Shown: positions 37,799-47,420 of the stretch, in pieces
Position numbering within the stretch: position 1 is the first letter of the stretch
Layout: each line of letters begins with the position of its first letter
Assembly: GCA_965214705.1 (NCBI GenBank)
Contig: OZ243972.1
Coordinates: forward strand, 3,424,001 to 3,488,000
Direction: 5' to 3'
From: Alphaproteobacteria bacterium
Lineage (GTDB): Bacteria; Pseudomonadota; Alphaproteobacteria; UBA828
Length of the DNA stretch: 64,000 nt
Made by a program: the position numbers and the translations under genes
Notes under the pieces: generated by a model
What the model saw: only the letters and a program-made list of their open reading frames with translations
Database searches by the model: none
Told to the model about the DNA's origin: nothing

Positions 37799-38447
37799 CC
37801 GCCTGCAAGCCGTGCGCGCGGCGGCCCGGAAATTCGCGTTCCACCGCGACCAGCACCACGGCTGGCGCCGGGCGACCGCGTGGCTGCTCGCCTGCAACGT
37901 GCTGACGGCCCTGGCCTTTGCGGGCTACGTCTGGATGCACTCCACCGTCTACATCGCCGTCGCCGCGACCCCGGACGGCAGGCTCGTGCGGCTCACCCCG
38001 CTCGACGAGCCGATCATGTCCGACGCTGCGCTCAGGAACTGGACCGTCTCGGCGGTCACCGAGGCCTTCACGCTCGGCCACCACGACTGGCGGCTCCGGC
38101 TCGCCGGCATCCGCGAGTATTTCACCGACGACGGCTACGAGTCCTTCCTCAAGGGTCTTGAGGAAAGCCTGTTTCTCGACCGTCTCCGCGACAATCTCCA
38201 GGTCGCCTCGGCCGTGGCGCAGGGCGCGCCGGTGATCGTGGACACGCGCTTCTATGGCGCGCGCGTCGGCTGGGCTGTCGAGTTCCCCATCCTGGTCACC
38301 TTCTCGGCCGGCACGCGGCGCGTCAGCCAGGAGCTGGTGGCGCAGGTGCTGGTGATGCGGGTGCCCCTCGACGAGCGCCCCGCCGGCATCGCCATCGAGC
38401 AGCTCATCGCCGGCAAGAACTCCCCGGACCGGAGAGGAAGCACATGA
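37791..38447 (+). CDS. dotI: DotI/IcmL/TraM family protein
   Basis: 'AATPDGRLVRLTPLDEPIMSDAALRNW...YFTDDGYESFLKGL...GIAIEQLI'. TTG start overlapping the previous stop. Confidence 0.9.
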   Translation: MSSRLQAVRAAARKFAFHRDQHHGWRRATAWLLACNVLTALAFAGYVWMHSTVYIAVAATPDGRLVRLTPLDEPIMSDAALRNWTVSAVTEAFTLGHHDWRLRLAGIREYFTDDGYESFLKGLEESLFLDRLRDNLQVASAVAQGAPVIVDTRFYGARVGWAVEFPILVTFSAGTRRVSQELVAQVLVMRVPLDERPAGIAIEQLIAGKNSPDRRGST

Positions 38448-39448
38448 GAGCGTGGACGTATTGGTTCCTGCCGGTTGCGGCAGCGTTGGCAGGCGTCGCG
38501 TCGTTGCCGGTGTCGGCGCAGGACGGCCCGCGGGCCGGCGGCGCGCCGGAGGCCGCGCTGGAGAGGACGGTGGACGTGTGGTCCGCGCACGCGCTCACCG
38601 AGGACGAGGCGGCGCGCCAGGGCCGGGCGGCACTCCCCTTCACGCCGGAGCAGATCGAGGCGCTGGGGCGCATCCTGCGCGAGACGCAGGAAGCCACGGT
38701 CCGAGGAGCGGGTGCGGCACCCAAGGGCCGCGTGCGCCGTATCCGCCTCGATGACGGCACGAGTGTCTCCGGCACGAGTGTCCCGAGGATCGCGCTCCGG
38801 CGCGGCTACGTCACGGCCATCTCGTTCACGGACTCGACCGGCGCGCCCTGGCCCATCGAGGAGGCGCTGGTGGACCGCCGCTTCCTGCCGCCGGGGGCGG
38901 AGAGCGGCGCAGCGGACGAAGAATCGGGGAGCGGCCACCTGCTCTATCTGGCGCCCCAGGCGGCTTACCTGTGCGGCAACGCGGTGGTGAAGCTCCGGGG
39001 CCTGGCCGAGCCCGTGGTGGCCAGCCTGCGCGGCACCGGCGCCGACGCCGACTTCCGGGTCGAGATCCGGCTCGGCCTTCCCGGCCCGAACGCCGATCCG
39101 GGCGCGCTGGCGCAGCCTGCCGCGTTCCATGCCGGCGATGCGGTGCTGCTCGGGCTGCTCGGCGGCGCCGTGCCGCCGGACGCCGAGCGCCTCGCGGTCG
39201 AAGGCGGCGCGAGCGGCGACCGGGCCTGGCGCAGGGGCGGCGAGGTGCTGCTGCTCACCCGCGCCCATGTGCTCTCGCCCGGACCCCTGGCGGCGGAGCG
39301 CGGGCCCGGCGGGCGCTGGGCCTACCGCCTCGCAGCCACCCCCCTCGCGCTGGTCAGCGACGGCGGCCGGGAGACGCGGCTCGGCTTCGCCGATCCGGGC
39401 GGCGACGACCTTTGGCAGGACATCCCAATGGCGGGAGAGCGGCGATGA
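38444..39448 (+). CDS. dotH: DotH/IcmK/TraN family protein
   Basis: 'PFTPEQI', 'GYVTAISFTDSTGAPWPI', 'GNAVVKLRGLAEPV', 'GPNA'. Confidence 0.9.
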   Translation: MRAWTYWFLPVAAALAGVASLPVSAQDGPRAGGAPEAALERTVDVWSAHALTEDEAARQGRAALPFTPEQIEALGRILRETQEATVRGAGAAPKGRVRRIRLDDGTSVSGTSVPRIALRRGYVTAISFTDSTGAPWPIEEALVDRRFLPPGAESGAADEESGSGHLLYLAPQAAYLCGNAVVKLRGLAEPVVASLRGTGADADFRVEIRLGLPGPNADPGALAQPAAFHAGDAVLLGLLGGAVPPDAERLAVEGGASGDRAWRRGGEVLLLTRAHVLSPGPLAAERGPGGRWAYRLAATPLALVSDGGRETRLGFADPGGDDLWQDIPMAGERR

Positions 39449-40027
39449 CGAGGGAGGGCGGGATGGAGGCACGGCGGCGAGGAGTGCCGCAAGCCATATA
39501 CATGGGTGTCCTGGCTGCGGTGCTGTGGGCGAGTGCGGGCGGCACGGCCCTGGCGCAGGTCCCGGACAACCGGGACCTCAGGCTGGACCCCGAGGACAGC
39601 GTGCCGCCGTTCTACCGCTACACGCTCGACGAGCGCGACCAGCAGCGCCTCGATGCGGCGCGCGAGGCCGGCGAGACCTACCTGCCCACGTTCCAGGGTC
39701 CGTCCACGGCGCCGGCCGCCGCAACGGGTGAGCCGACGACGCCGCGGCCTGCCTACGAGGGATACCGGACTCCGGAGCGGCGCGCGGGCCCGGCGCCCGG
39801 CGGGGACCGGCGCCGTGCCGGCGAGCCAAAGCGCGCGGGCCGCAGACACGATGGTCTCGTCGGCGTGCTGATCGAGGCGTGGACGCGCCTGCCCGAGATC
39901 GCGCGCGTGCGCTACCCGGGAGCGGACCGGGCTGCCGGCCCGGTCGAGCACGGGAATGCGGCGCAGGAGGCGGACCGCCAGCCGGGGGCCGCGGCATCGG
40001 GTCTGCGGCCCGAGGGTTTGCCGCATA

Positions 40028-40192
40028 AGGCTTATCCCTCTGGCTCCGGTTCCCCAACATGTTGTACCGGCCACCTCGGCGGCGGTATCCGACACGGTCG
40101 CAGTTCCTTCCGTGTCTCAATGGGTTGCCCGTAAAGTGCCCAGCGATCCGGCACCCCACATATGGAGAAGCCGGATGTAAGGGGATAAGCCT
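40028..40192. mobile_element. 165-bp MITE with IS1595-type ends
   Basis: AGGCTTATCCCTCTGGCTCCGG ... CCGGATGTAAGGGGATAAGCCT with no transposase. Confidence 0.8.
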
Positions 40193-40215
40193 TTGGGAGA
40201 AATATCAGAAAAATG

Positions 40216-41717
40216 GAGCCACTTGCAAAATTCCGCATTTGAGCGGGATTTTGCCGCCGTGGCGGTCAGATTGTCCTGGAAATCGGGACCGCTCTCTGTT
40301 CCTGTCGGGTTTCGGACAACGTCGACGGAGAGGGCGGCCCCATGTCGCTGGGACAGACACTATCCGGATTCTGGCATCACATTCAAGCGGATCTTTTCCC
40401 GTGGCTTGAGGAGGAGCTCGGGCCGCTCGGCGAGAGGTACCGGCGCTTCGTCACCGTGCTTGAGCTTGCGCGGGTCGAGAGCTTCCTTCCCCATTTCCAT
40501 GGCCTGCCCGGTCGGCCGGTCGAGGATCGGGCGGCCTTGGCCCGCGCCTTCATCGCCAAGGCGGTGTTCGACGTACCCACGACGCGCGCCCTGATCGAGC
40601 GCCTTGAGAACGACAAGACGCTACGCCGTCTCTGCGGCTGGACCTATGCCGCAGAGATCCCGAGCGAGGCGACGTTTTCGCGGGCGTTTGCGGAGTTCTC
40701 CGAGAGTGCGTTGCCCGCTCGCGTGCATGAGGCGCTGATCAAGCAGACCCTCGGAGACCATCTGGTCGGGCACGTCTCGCGCGACTCGACGGCGATCGAG
40801 GCGCGCGAGAAGCCTCAGCCCAAGCCCAAGGCGGAGAAGCCGAAGCGCAAGCGCGGCCGCCCGCGCAAGGGCGAGGAGCGGCCCAAGGAGGAGCGCCGCG
40901 TGAAACGCCAGCTCACGATGAGCTTGCCCCAGATGCTCGACGACCTGCCGAAAGCCTGCGACGTCGGCACCAAGCGCAACGCCAGGGGCCATACCACATC
41001 GTGGATCGGTTACAAGCTGCACATCGACGCCGCCGATGGCGGCATTCCGATCAGTTGCATCCTGACGTCCGCCTCGCTGCACGACAGCCAGGCCGCGATC
41101 CCGCTGGCGAGTATGACCGCCGACCGCGTCACCAATCTGTACGACCTCATGGACTCAGCCTATGACGCGCCCGAGATCGGCTGGCACAGCTACCTGCTGG
41201 GCCACGTCCCGATCATCGACGTCAACCCTCGCGACAAGGAGTACAAGGAGGAGCTGGCGCGCGAGGCCAGGGCGCAGAGAGGCGTCGGTCACCGCCACCC
41301 GGCGGACGAGCGCTACAACGAGCGCTCGAACATCGAGCGCATCAACGGTGGGCTGAAGGACAACTGCGGGGGCCGCCATGTCCGCGTGCGCGGCCATGCC
41401 AAGGTTCATTGCCACCTGATGTTCGGCATCCTGGTGCTGACGGTCGACCAGCTGATGCGCCTCCTGGCCTGAGCGGCGCCTCCGTCGCTGTCACGCCGGC
41501 ACGCCTCCCTCCGCGGAGGCGCAAAAAGCCATGTCCGCATCGCGACGGCGGGTCCAAAATGCGCCCGCATGGGCATCGGTTTGCGGCGAATCGGCGCCCC
41601 GGCGGCAGCCAGCGACGTCCGCTCGTCCCGAAGTTCATGTTACGTTCCGACCGTCAATGTCCTCACGCCGGGCTCTCGGGAAAAGCAGACCGCGCCTGGG
41701 AGTTTTGCAAGTGGCTC
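40216..41717 (+). mobile_element. IS5/IS1182-like insertion sequence, 1502 bp
   Basis: IRs GAGCCACTTGCAAAATTCC / GGAGTTTTGCAAGTGGCTC and a 4-bp target duplication AATG at 40212-40215 and 41718-41721. Confidence 0.9.
40342..41472 (+). CDS. DDE transposase (IS5/IS1182-like)
   Basis: 'PSEATFSR', 'SRDSTAI', 'GYKLH', 'MDSAYD', 'YNERSNIERINGGLK'. Confidence 0.9.
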   Translation: MSLGQTLSGFWHHIQADLFPWLEEELGPLGERYRRFVTVLELARVESFLPHFHGLPGRPVEDRAALARAFIAKAVFDVPTTRALIERLENDKTLRRLCGWTYAAEIPSEATFSRAFAEFSESALPARVHEALIKQTLGDHLVGHVSRDSTAIEAREKPQPKPKAEKPKRKRGRPRKGEERPKEERRVKRQLTMSLPQMLDDLPKACDVGTKRNARGHTTSWIGYKLHIDAADGGIPISCILTSASLHDSQAAIPLASMTADRVTNLYDLMDSAYDAPEIGWHSYLLGHVPIIDVNPRDKEYKEELAREARAQRGVGHRHPADERYNERSNIERINGGLKDNCGGRHVRVRGHAKVHCHLMFGILVLTVDQLMRLLA

Positions 41718-41795
41718 AATGGTGATGTGAACTACACCGGAAAATTGGACGAATTCTTGAAAGATCATTCAACAGATTTCGTCGAATTGAGGTAA

Positions 41796-43004
41796 AGGCT
41801 TCTCCCCTTGGTTCCGGTGACGCAAGATGTTGATCGTCGCCGGCATCGGCGCGCGTCGCACGCGTGATATCTTGGACTGGCGAGAGCGCTGCCCGGCCCC
41901 GTCACGCGGTGCCGGAGTTCGGTATAATGACTCCGAGACAGCCGGAATGGCTGGCTGCGGCACGGTGTTGACCGGCCGGTGGGATCAGGCGCGTTGTTCG
42001 ACGAAGTCGCGGTAGCTGGAGGGTTGAAGGCCGGCGCCGATGCCGAGCAGGGTGTCGAAGGCGGCGTCGGTGTGGCGGCGTCGGTTCCTACGGAAGACGA
42101 ACTCGTCGAGGTAACGGCGCAAATGGGCGCGGCGCAGGCCGTGAAAGGTGCCGAGCGCCCAGCGTTTCAGGTTCGAGAAGACGCGATGGGTCCACTTCAG
42201 CACGAGATGGGCGGGCGTGTCGCCGACGATCCTGGCCTCATGGTCGTGCCCGGACAGGCCGGGATAGCCGCTCCAACCGTCGGTGATCACCAGCGCGCCC
42301 GGCGCCGAGGTGGCGGCAACGAAGGCGTGCAGGCTGAGCGCGGAGTAATCCACGATCGGCGCGAGGCGGATGCGGCGCGGCTCACCCTCGGGAGACAGCT
42401 CGACCGCTCCGGCGATGAGCATCTTGCCTTGCGCGCTGCGGCCTTGCCCGCCGGTGGGCGGGTCTTGCGCGGTGCGCTGCGGCAACGAGGCTTCGTCGAT
42501 CTCAACCAGATCCTCAAGCAGGCTGCGGTCGGGATCGACCATGGCGCGACGCAGCTTGTGCAGCAGCAGCCACGCACTCTTGTAGCTGCCGAGCCCGAGC
42601 TGGGCCTGGAGTTGCAGGGCGGAGATGCCGTTCGAATGGCTGGTCACCATATGGATGGCGGTGAACCAGGTCTTCAGCGGCAGGTGGCTGCGATGCATGA
42701 TCGTGCCCGCGGTCACCGACGTCTCCTTGCCGCAGCCCGCACATTCCCAACTCGCCCTGCGACGCTTCAACTCCCAACCCTTGTCATGGCCGCAAGCGGG
42801 GCAAACGAAGCCGTCGGGCCAACGCTTTGCCGCGAGGTGTCTGGCGCAGGCCTCTTCATCGGGGAAGCGCGCCTCGAAGGCAGCGCGGGACATCGGGCGG
42901 TCGTGCTTCCAGCGGCTCGGCATGGCGAGAACATTACACGAACAACTCGTCCCTGCCAACCCAAACACAAGATGTCGTCAAACCGGGGTCAAGGGGATAA
43001 GCCT
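41796..43004 (-). mobile_element. IS1595-family insertion sequence
   Basis: IRs AGGCTTCTCCCCTTGGTTCCGG / CCGGGGTCAAGGGGATAAGCCT enclosing the transposase gene. Confidence 0.88.
41985..42923 (-). CDS. IS1595-family (ISXO2-like) transposase
   Basis: Zn ribbon 'WPDGFVCPACG...CAGC...SVTAGTI', 'VEIDE', 'ITDGWSGY', 'SNLKRWALGTFHG...YLDEFVFR'. Confidence 0.92.
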   Translation of the reverse strand: MPSRWKHDRPMSRAAFEARFPDEEACARHLAAKRWPDGFVCPACGHDKGWELKRRRASWECAGCGKETSVTAGTIMHRSHLPLKTWFTAIHMVTSHSNGISALQLQAQLGLGSYKSAWLLLHKLRRAMVDPDRSLLEDLVEIDEASLPQRTAQDPPTGGQGRSAQGKMLIAGAVELSPEGEPRRIRLAPIVDYSALSLHAFVAATSAPGALVITDGWSGYPGLSGHDHEARIVGDTPAHLVLKWTHRVFSNLKRWALGTFHGLRRAHLRRYLDEFVFRRNRRRHTDAAFDTLLGIGAGLQPSSYRDFVEQRA

Positions 43005-43570
43005 TTGCCGCATATCGCAGCCGGCCGGGGTCTCTACGCGCGGGCCATGTACGCCGTCGACTCCGACTATCCCGGTCCGGTGCTGCTGGAGATCCTGGAG
43101 CCGCCGCTCGCGGGCGCCGTCGCTTCGGGTTCGTTCGCGCTTATCGGCGAGCGGCTGACGCTCCGCCTCACCCGGCTGGAATACAGGGGCCGGAGCTTCG
43201 GCGTCGACGCCTGGGCGGCCGGGCTCGACTGCGCCTGTTACGGCGTGGACGGCGAGGTCGACAGCCACTGGTTCGAACGCGTGCTGCTGCCGGCGTCCGT
43301 GCGCTTCGCCGAGGGCTTCCTGAGCGTCTTCTCGCGGCCGCGCGAGACCGTGATCGTCGGCGACGGGGTGCGCTACGAGCGTCTGGAGACGTCGACCCGC
43401 GAGGCGGTCCATGCGGGGCTCGCCGCGGCGGCGCGCACCGCCGGCGACGTGCTGCTCGAGAACGCGCCGGACGGGCCCGGCGTGCGCATCCCCCGCGACA
43501 CCGAGCTGGTGGTGGTGTTCGCCGCGCCGCCGGACCCGGCGCGGCCGGGCGTGGCCGGGGGATCGCCCCG

Positions 43571-44110
43571 TTGACTGAGTCGAACGACCTCGGCGGAGCC
43601 ATGATCTCGCTGGTCCGCGACCTCGAGCCGAGCCTGCTGATCCTGGTCGCGGTCGTCTGCTATCTGCTCGCGCTGATGGCGCTGGCCCAGGGGCTGCTGC
43701 GGCTGCTCAAGACCTCCGAGGACAAGTTCCACGCGCCGTCCGCCGGCGGCACGGCGCTCTCCTTCCTGATCTGCATCGTCCTCGCCGCGCTCCCTTCGTG
43801 GCTGGATGCCGCGACCGAGAGCCTGTTCGGCACGGCAAGTCCGCCCGGCACGGCGTCGCTTGGCTATGGCGGCCGCGGCGCGGACTACGACGCGCTGCTC
43901 GCCGCCGTGTTCGCCCTCGTCGCCCTGGTCGGCCTCTTCGCCTTCATCCGGGGCGCGTTCGTGCTGCGCGCCGCCGCGGACGCGCGTCCCGGCGCGAGCG
44001 GTGCGCGCGCCTTCGCCCACATGGCCGGCGGCATCGCCGCCTGGCACCTCGGCGCCGTCATCGACGCGCTGCAGACCAGCCTCGGCATCCAGGTGCTGAG
44101 CATCCGCTGA
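43571..44110 (+). CDS. icmC: IcmC/DotE/TraQ-like membrane protein
   Basis: Four TM segments, 'LVGLFAFIRG...AFAHMAGG', and position between dotG and icmD. Confidence 0.7.
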   Translation: MTESNDLGGAMISLVRDLEPSLLILVAVVCYLLALMALAQGLLRLLKTSEDKFHAPSAGGTALSFLICIVLAALPSWLDAATESLFGTASPPGTASLGYGGRGADYDALLAAVFALVALVGLFAFIRGAFVLRAAADARPGASGARAFAHMAGGIAAWHLGAVIDALQTSLGIQVLSIR

Positions 44111-44123
44111 AAGGAATTCTCCC

Positions 44124-44558
44124 ATGAACCCGACAAGCCTCGCGAGAGCCGTCCGGCGCATCCTGCTGGAGTTGAATAGTCCCCGCGCAAGGCACCCGCG
44201 CTCGGCACCGGCGGGTCCGGTGGCCGCCGCCCTTGCGGGGGCGGGTTGGTTCTGGGCCGCCGGGCCCGCGCTGGCGGTTTCGCTGGGCGACATGGCCGAC
44301 GAGGCGGCCGGCGACCTGGAGACCGTGCCGGGGCTGATCGCCATCGCCTTCTACATCATCGGCGCCGCCATCGTCGGCTTCGGTCTGCTCAAGCTGAAGC
44401 GCCACGTCGACCATCCCCAGCAGACCACCATCGGCTCGGGCCTGATCGCGATCCTGATCGGCGTCGCGCTGATCGCCGCGCCCGCGATCATCAACGCGCT
44501 GGGCGCCACGTTCGGGGTCGACGGCGGCAGCCACACCGTCCTCAAGCCGAGGCTGTAG
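44124..44558 (+). CDS. icmD: IcmD/DotP-like pilin-like membrane protein
   Basis: 'FYIIGAAIVGFGLLKLKRHVDHPQQTTIGSGLIAILIGVALIAAP'. Confidence 0.75.
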   Translation: MNPTSLARAVRRILLELNSPRARHPRSAPAGPVAAALAGAGWFWAAGPALAVSLGDMADEAAGDLETVPGLIAIAFYIIGAAIVGFGLLKLKRHVDHPQQTTIGSGLIAILIGVALIAAPAIINALGATFGVDGGSHTVLKPRL

Positions 44559-45260
44559 GACAGGCGGAGCCTGAAGGGACGCTCGCGTCATGCCCCTTTC
44601 CCTCGCCGCAGCCGCCGACGACCTGCAGCGCCTGAGCTGGACCCTGCGCCGCAAGCCGCTGGAGAGTTTTCTGGCGCCCCAGGCGGCCGTGCCGCTGGAA
44701 GGCGGCGGCGGCGTCCTGGTCTGCCACGACGGCTCGCTGGTCTCGCTGCTGGCGCTCGACGGGTCCCGCTCGATGACGGGCGCGGAAGAGCTGGACCGCT
44801 TCGTGGACGTCGCCGCGCTGCGCCTCAACACCGCCTTCGCCCATCCCGGCCATGCGCTCCACGTGGTGTTCGAGCGCGCCCCCGACGAGGCGCACGCGCT
44901 TGCGGCCGGACATGGACAGGCTGTGGGCAGGCAAGCCGCACGCCTCGGCCTCGACCTCGACGACCTGCTGGCCGAGCGGGCACGGCGTCTGACTCCGCTG
45001 ATCGCTGCCGAGACCCTCGTCATGGCCTGCTGGACGCGGCCCTCCGTGCTGCCGCGCGACCGGCTGGAGCGCGACCGCAAGGCGCTCCGCAGGAAGCTCC
45101 GGGACTGGCTGCCCGCCGCCGGCGAGGCGCAGTGCTCCCACCTCGCGCTCGAAGGGCTGTGGGCGCGCCACGAGGCGCTGCTCGACGCTCTCTCGGCCGT
45201 GCTCGTGGAGACGGGGATCGAAGGCCGCAGGCTGCGCGAAGACCGGGCGCTGCGGCTCAT

Positions 45261-47420
45261 CCCAAGTTGGCACTTTTCCGCTGCCTGTGTTCCCTATTGG
45301 TTTGATTCAACGCGATATTTTTCTCGGTCGATTCCAACATGGCCCCACATTTTGTGAGATTCTGTCAGCTCATCAGACGGGTCCTCGTGCGGTGGATGGC
45401 GGGGTCCACGCCCGCCGCCGAGGAGATTGCGGCAACCTCGGCGGCCGGGCGCGTGTCCTGGCGGTTGACGATCAAGGTGCCGTCGGTCTGGCGCAGGCGC
45501 GTGGTGATCCGCACCCAGGTCCGCATGCTCTCGCGGATCGACGCCCAGCACTTGTGGATGCCGCGCGCGGCCAGCCGGGTACGGATCAGATGCACGGCGT
45601 GGTAGGCCAGCACGGCGATCAGCAGGTGGGCCGCGATGCGCCGGTCGAGCTGGTGCCAGATCGGGCGAAGGCCGAGCTCGGATTTCAGGCTCCGGAATGT
45701 CGCCTCGATATCCGTGATCCGCCAGTACGTCCGCAGGACCGTCTCGATGTCCCAGTCGACGTGGCTGGTGCGCAGCACATAGGCACCGGCGCCCTCATCG
45801 GCCTCGTCGTATCGCGGCCTGCGCTTGAAGCGCACGGCGGTGGCATTGGGGCCGGTTTTCGCCCTCTCGACCGTGATCTCGTAGTGCCTGGCGACGGCGG
45901 AGAAGCGCTGCTTGAGGCGGCCTATGCTCTCCAGCACCTTGTCGTAGCGCTTGAGGCGGCCCTTGACCGCAAGGCCGCCGTGGAGCCTTTCCAGCGCCGC
46001 CTCGAAGCGGTTCCGCCTCAGGCCGATGATCGCGTTCTCGGCCTTCTTCTTGCCCTCGCTGACGACGTAGAGCCGCGCCTCGCCGTCCTCGCTGGCAAGC
46101 CGCCAGGCCCGCACCTCGTGGCGCGCGCTGGTGATCAGCAGGGCCTCGGGTCCGCCCTCGGGCGGCGCAGGCCTGGCACCGCGGCTGACCGCGATCCAGT
46201 CGTAGCCCTGCTCGCCCAGCCACGCGATGTTTTTCTCGGTGGCGATGCCCGCGTCCATGACCACCGTGGGCTTCGGCGCCGTGCCGCCGCACACCGCCTC
46301 GAGCCGCGCCAGCGCCTCGTGCAGCGTGCCCGGCTCGCTCACGTTGCCCGGCAGGATCTCGCAACTGCGCGGGAAGCCCGCGCCGTCGAGCGCCAGCGCC
46401 AGCGTGATGAGGGGACAGTCGTCGCGCTTCTGCTTGGAGCGCCCGAACCTGGGAAGCTCGCCGCCCGTGTGGCCGTGGTAGTGGACGTTGGTGAGATCGT
46501 AGAAGGCGATCGTCTCGGGCAGGTCGAGCAGTGCGCGCTCACGGTTGAACAGCTCCCGCTGGATGGCGGCGCGGTGGCGCCAGAGCAGGTCGCCGATGCG
46601 GTAGAGCGTCTTGCGCCGCAGCGCCTTGCGGTCGCCCTCCAGGCCCAGGAGCTCGGCGGCCGCGCTGTCGTGGCGGAGCCAGCGGCTGGTATCACGCTCG
46701 CTGGCGGGATGGACCATCCTGGCGACGATCAGCGCGCTGGCGATGCGCCCGTCGCGGCCCTTGATGTCGAGGCCGTGGAGGATTTCGGCGAAGCCGAGGG
46801 CGTCGAGGGCCTTGAGGCACAGGCGCTCGCAGCCGACCGTGCGCGGGTTCTCGTGCTCCAGGGTATCGAGGTCGACGGTGGCGATGTCGGGCTTGCGCGC
46901 CTCTTCCTGCATCGCCTCGACGCGGAACCCCCTGGCCCTGAGCTTGGCGACGATGTCCTCGGCTGCGGCCCGCACATCCGCCTCGCCCTCGAACAGCGGC
47001 GGCTTGCCGTGAAGCAGCGCCTCGGCGAGTTCGGTGACGGCCTTCCACTTCTCGCGCGGCACCGGATAGTCGGTGCCGAGATTGAGCAGCGTCCTGTGGC
47101 GCACCTTGTCGCCGACGCGCTGGGCGAGCACGAGGCGATGGCTTCGGACCGGCTGGCCGGCCTTGTCGGTGTGTGTCCTGGTTGCCTTGATGTACATGGC
47201 GGCGCCGTTTCTGCGATGCCTGTTTCGCATACACGGCGTTCGCGGCATCTGGCAAGAGGGATATCGACTCAACTCCAAAGTCCTGGCCCCACAATTGGCT
47301 TCCAGGACCACGAATGGCAAATGTGGGTCTCAGGTGTCCTCCAACCCCAACATCTAGTGGTTCAGCGCCGCAAAACTGGCTCGAACAGGCTCGGCTGGTC
47401 GGAAAAAGTGCCAACTTGGG
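45261..47420 (-). mobile_element. IS1634-family insertion sequence, 2160 bp
   Basis: IRs CCCAAGTTGGCACTTTT / AAAAGTGCCAACTTGGG and a TCAT duplication at 45257-45260 and 47421-47424. Confidence 0.9.
45365..47197 (-). CDS. IS1634-family transposase
   Basis: 'MYIK...KVRHRTLLNLG', 'FYDLTN', 'GRSKQKRDDCP', 'VVMDAGI', 'IEATFRSLKSELGLRPIWH'. Confidence 0.9.
   Translation of the reverse strand: MYIKATRTHTDKAGQPVRSHRLVLAQRVGDKVRHRTLLNLGTDYPVPREKWKAVTELAEALLHGKPPLFEGEADVRAAAEDIVAKLRARGFRVEAMQEEARKPDIATVDLDTLEHENPRTVGCERLCLKALDALGFAEILHGLDIKGRDGRIASALIVARMVHPASERDTSRWLRHDSAAAELLGLEGDRKALRRKTLYRIGDLLWRHRAAIQRELFNRERALLDLPETIAFYDLTNVHYHGHTGGELPRFGRSKQKRDDCPLITLALALDGAGFPRSCEILPGNVSEPGTLHEALARLEAVCGGTAPKPTVVMDAGIATEKNIAWLGEQGYDWIAVSRGARPAPPEGGPEALLITSARHEVRAWRLASEDGEARLYVVSEGKKKAENAIIGLRRNRFEAALERLHGGLAVKGRLKRYDKVLESIGRLKQRFSAVARHYEITVERAKTGPNATAVRFKRRPRYDEADEGAGAYVLRTSHVDWDIETVLRTYWRITDIEATFRSLKSELGLRPIWHQLDRRIAAHLLIAVLAYHAVHLIRTRLAARGIHKCWASIRESMRTWVRITTRLRQTDGTLIVNRQDTRPAAEVAAISSAAGVDPAIHRTRTRLMS

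Larger units (their letters stand above)
40028..43004. mobile_element. Composite transposon bounded by a MITE (left) and an IS1595-family IS (right)
   Basis: Outer IRs AGGCTTATCCC / GGGATAAGCCT, flanked by the direct repeat TTGCCGCATA at 40018-40027 and 43005-43014. Confidence 0.85.
39445..43574 (+). pseudogene. dotG: DotG/IcmE/TraO (TrbI/VirB10-like) gene interrupted by a composite insertion
   Basis: Removing 40028-43004 plus one TTGCCGCATA copy restores the frame: PEGLPH|IAAGRGLYARAMYAVDSDYPGPV, a TrbI-type domain. Position follows dotH. Confidence 0.85.

Noticed and set aside
41979-43574. 531-aa ORF as an intact gene
   Set aside because: Antisense of the IS1595 transposase joined to the 3' fragment of dotG.
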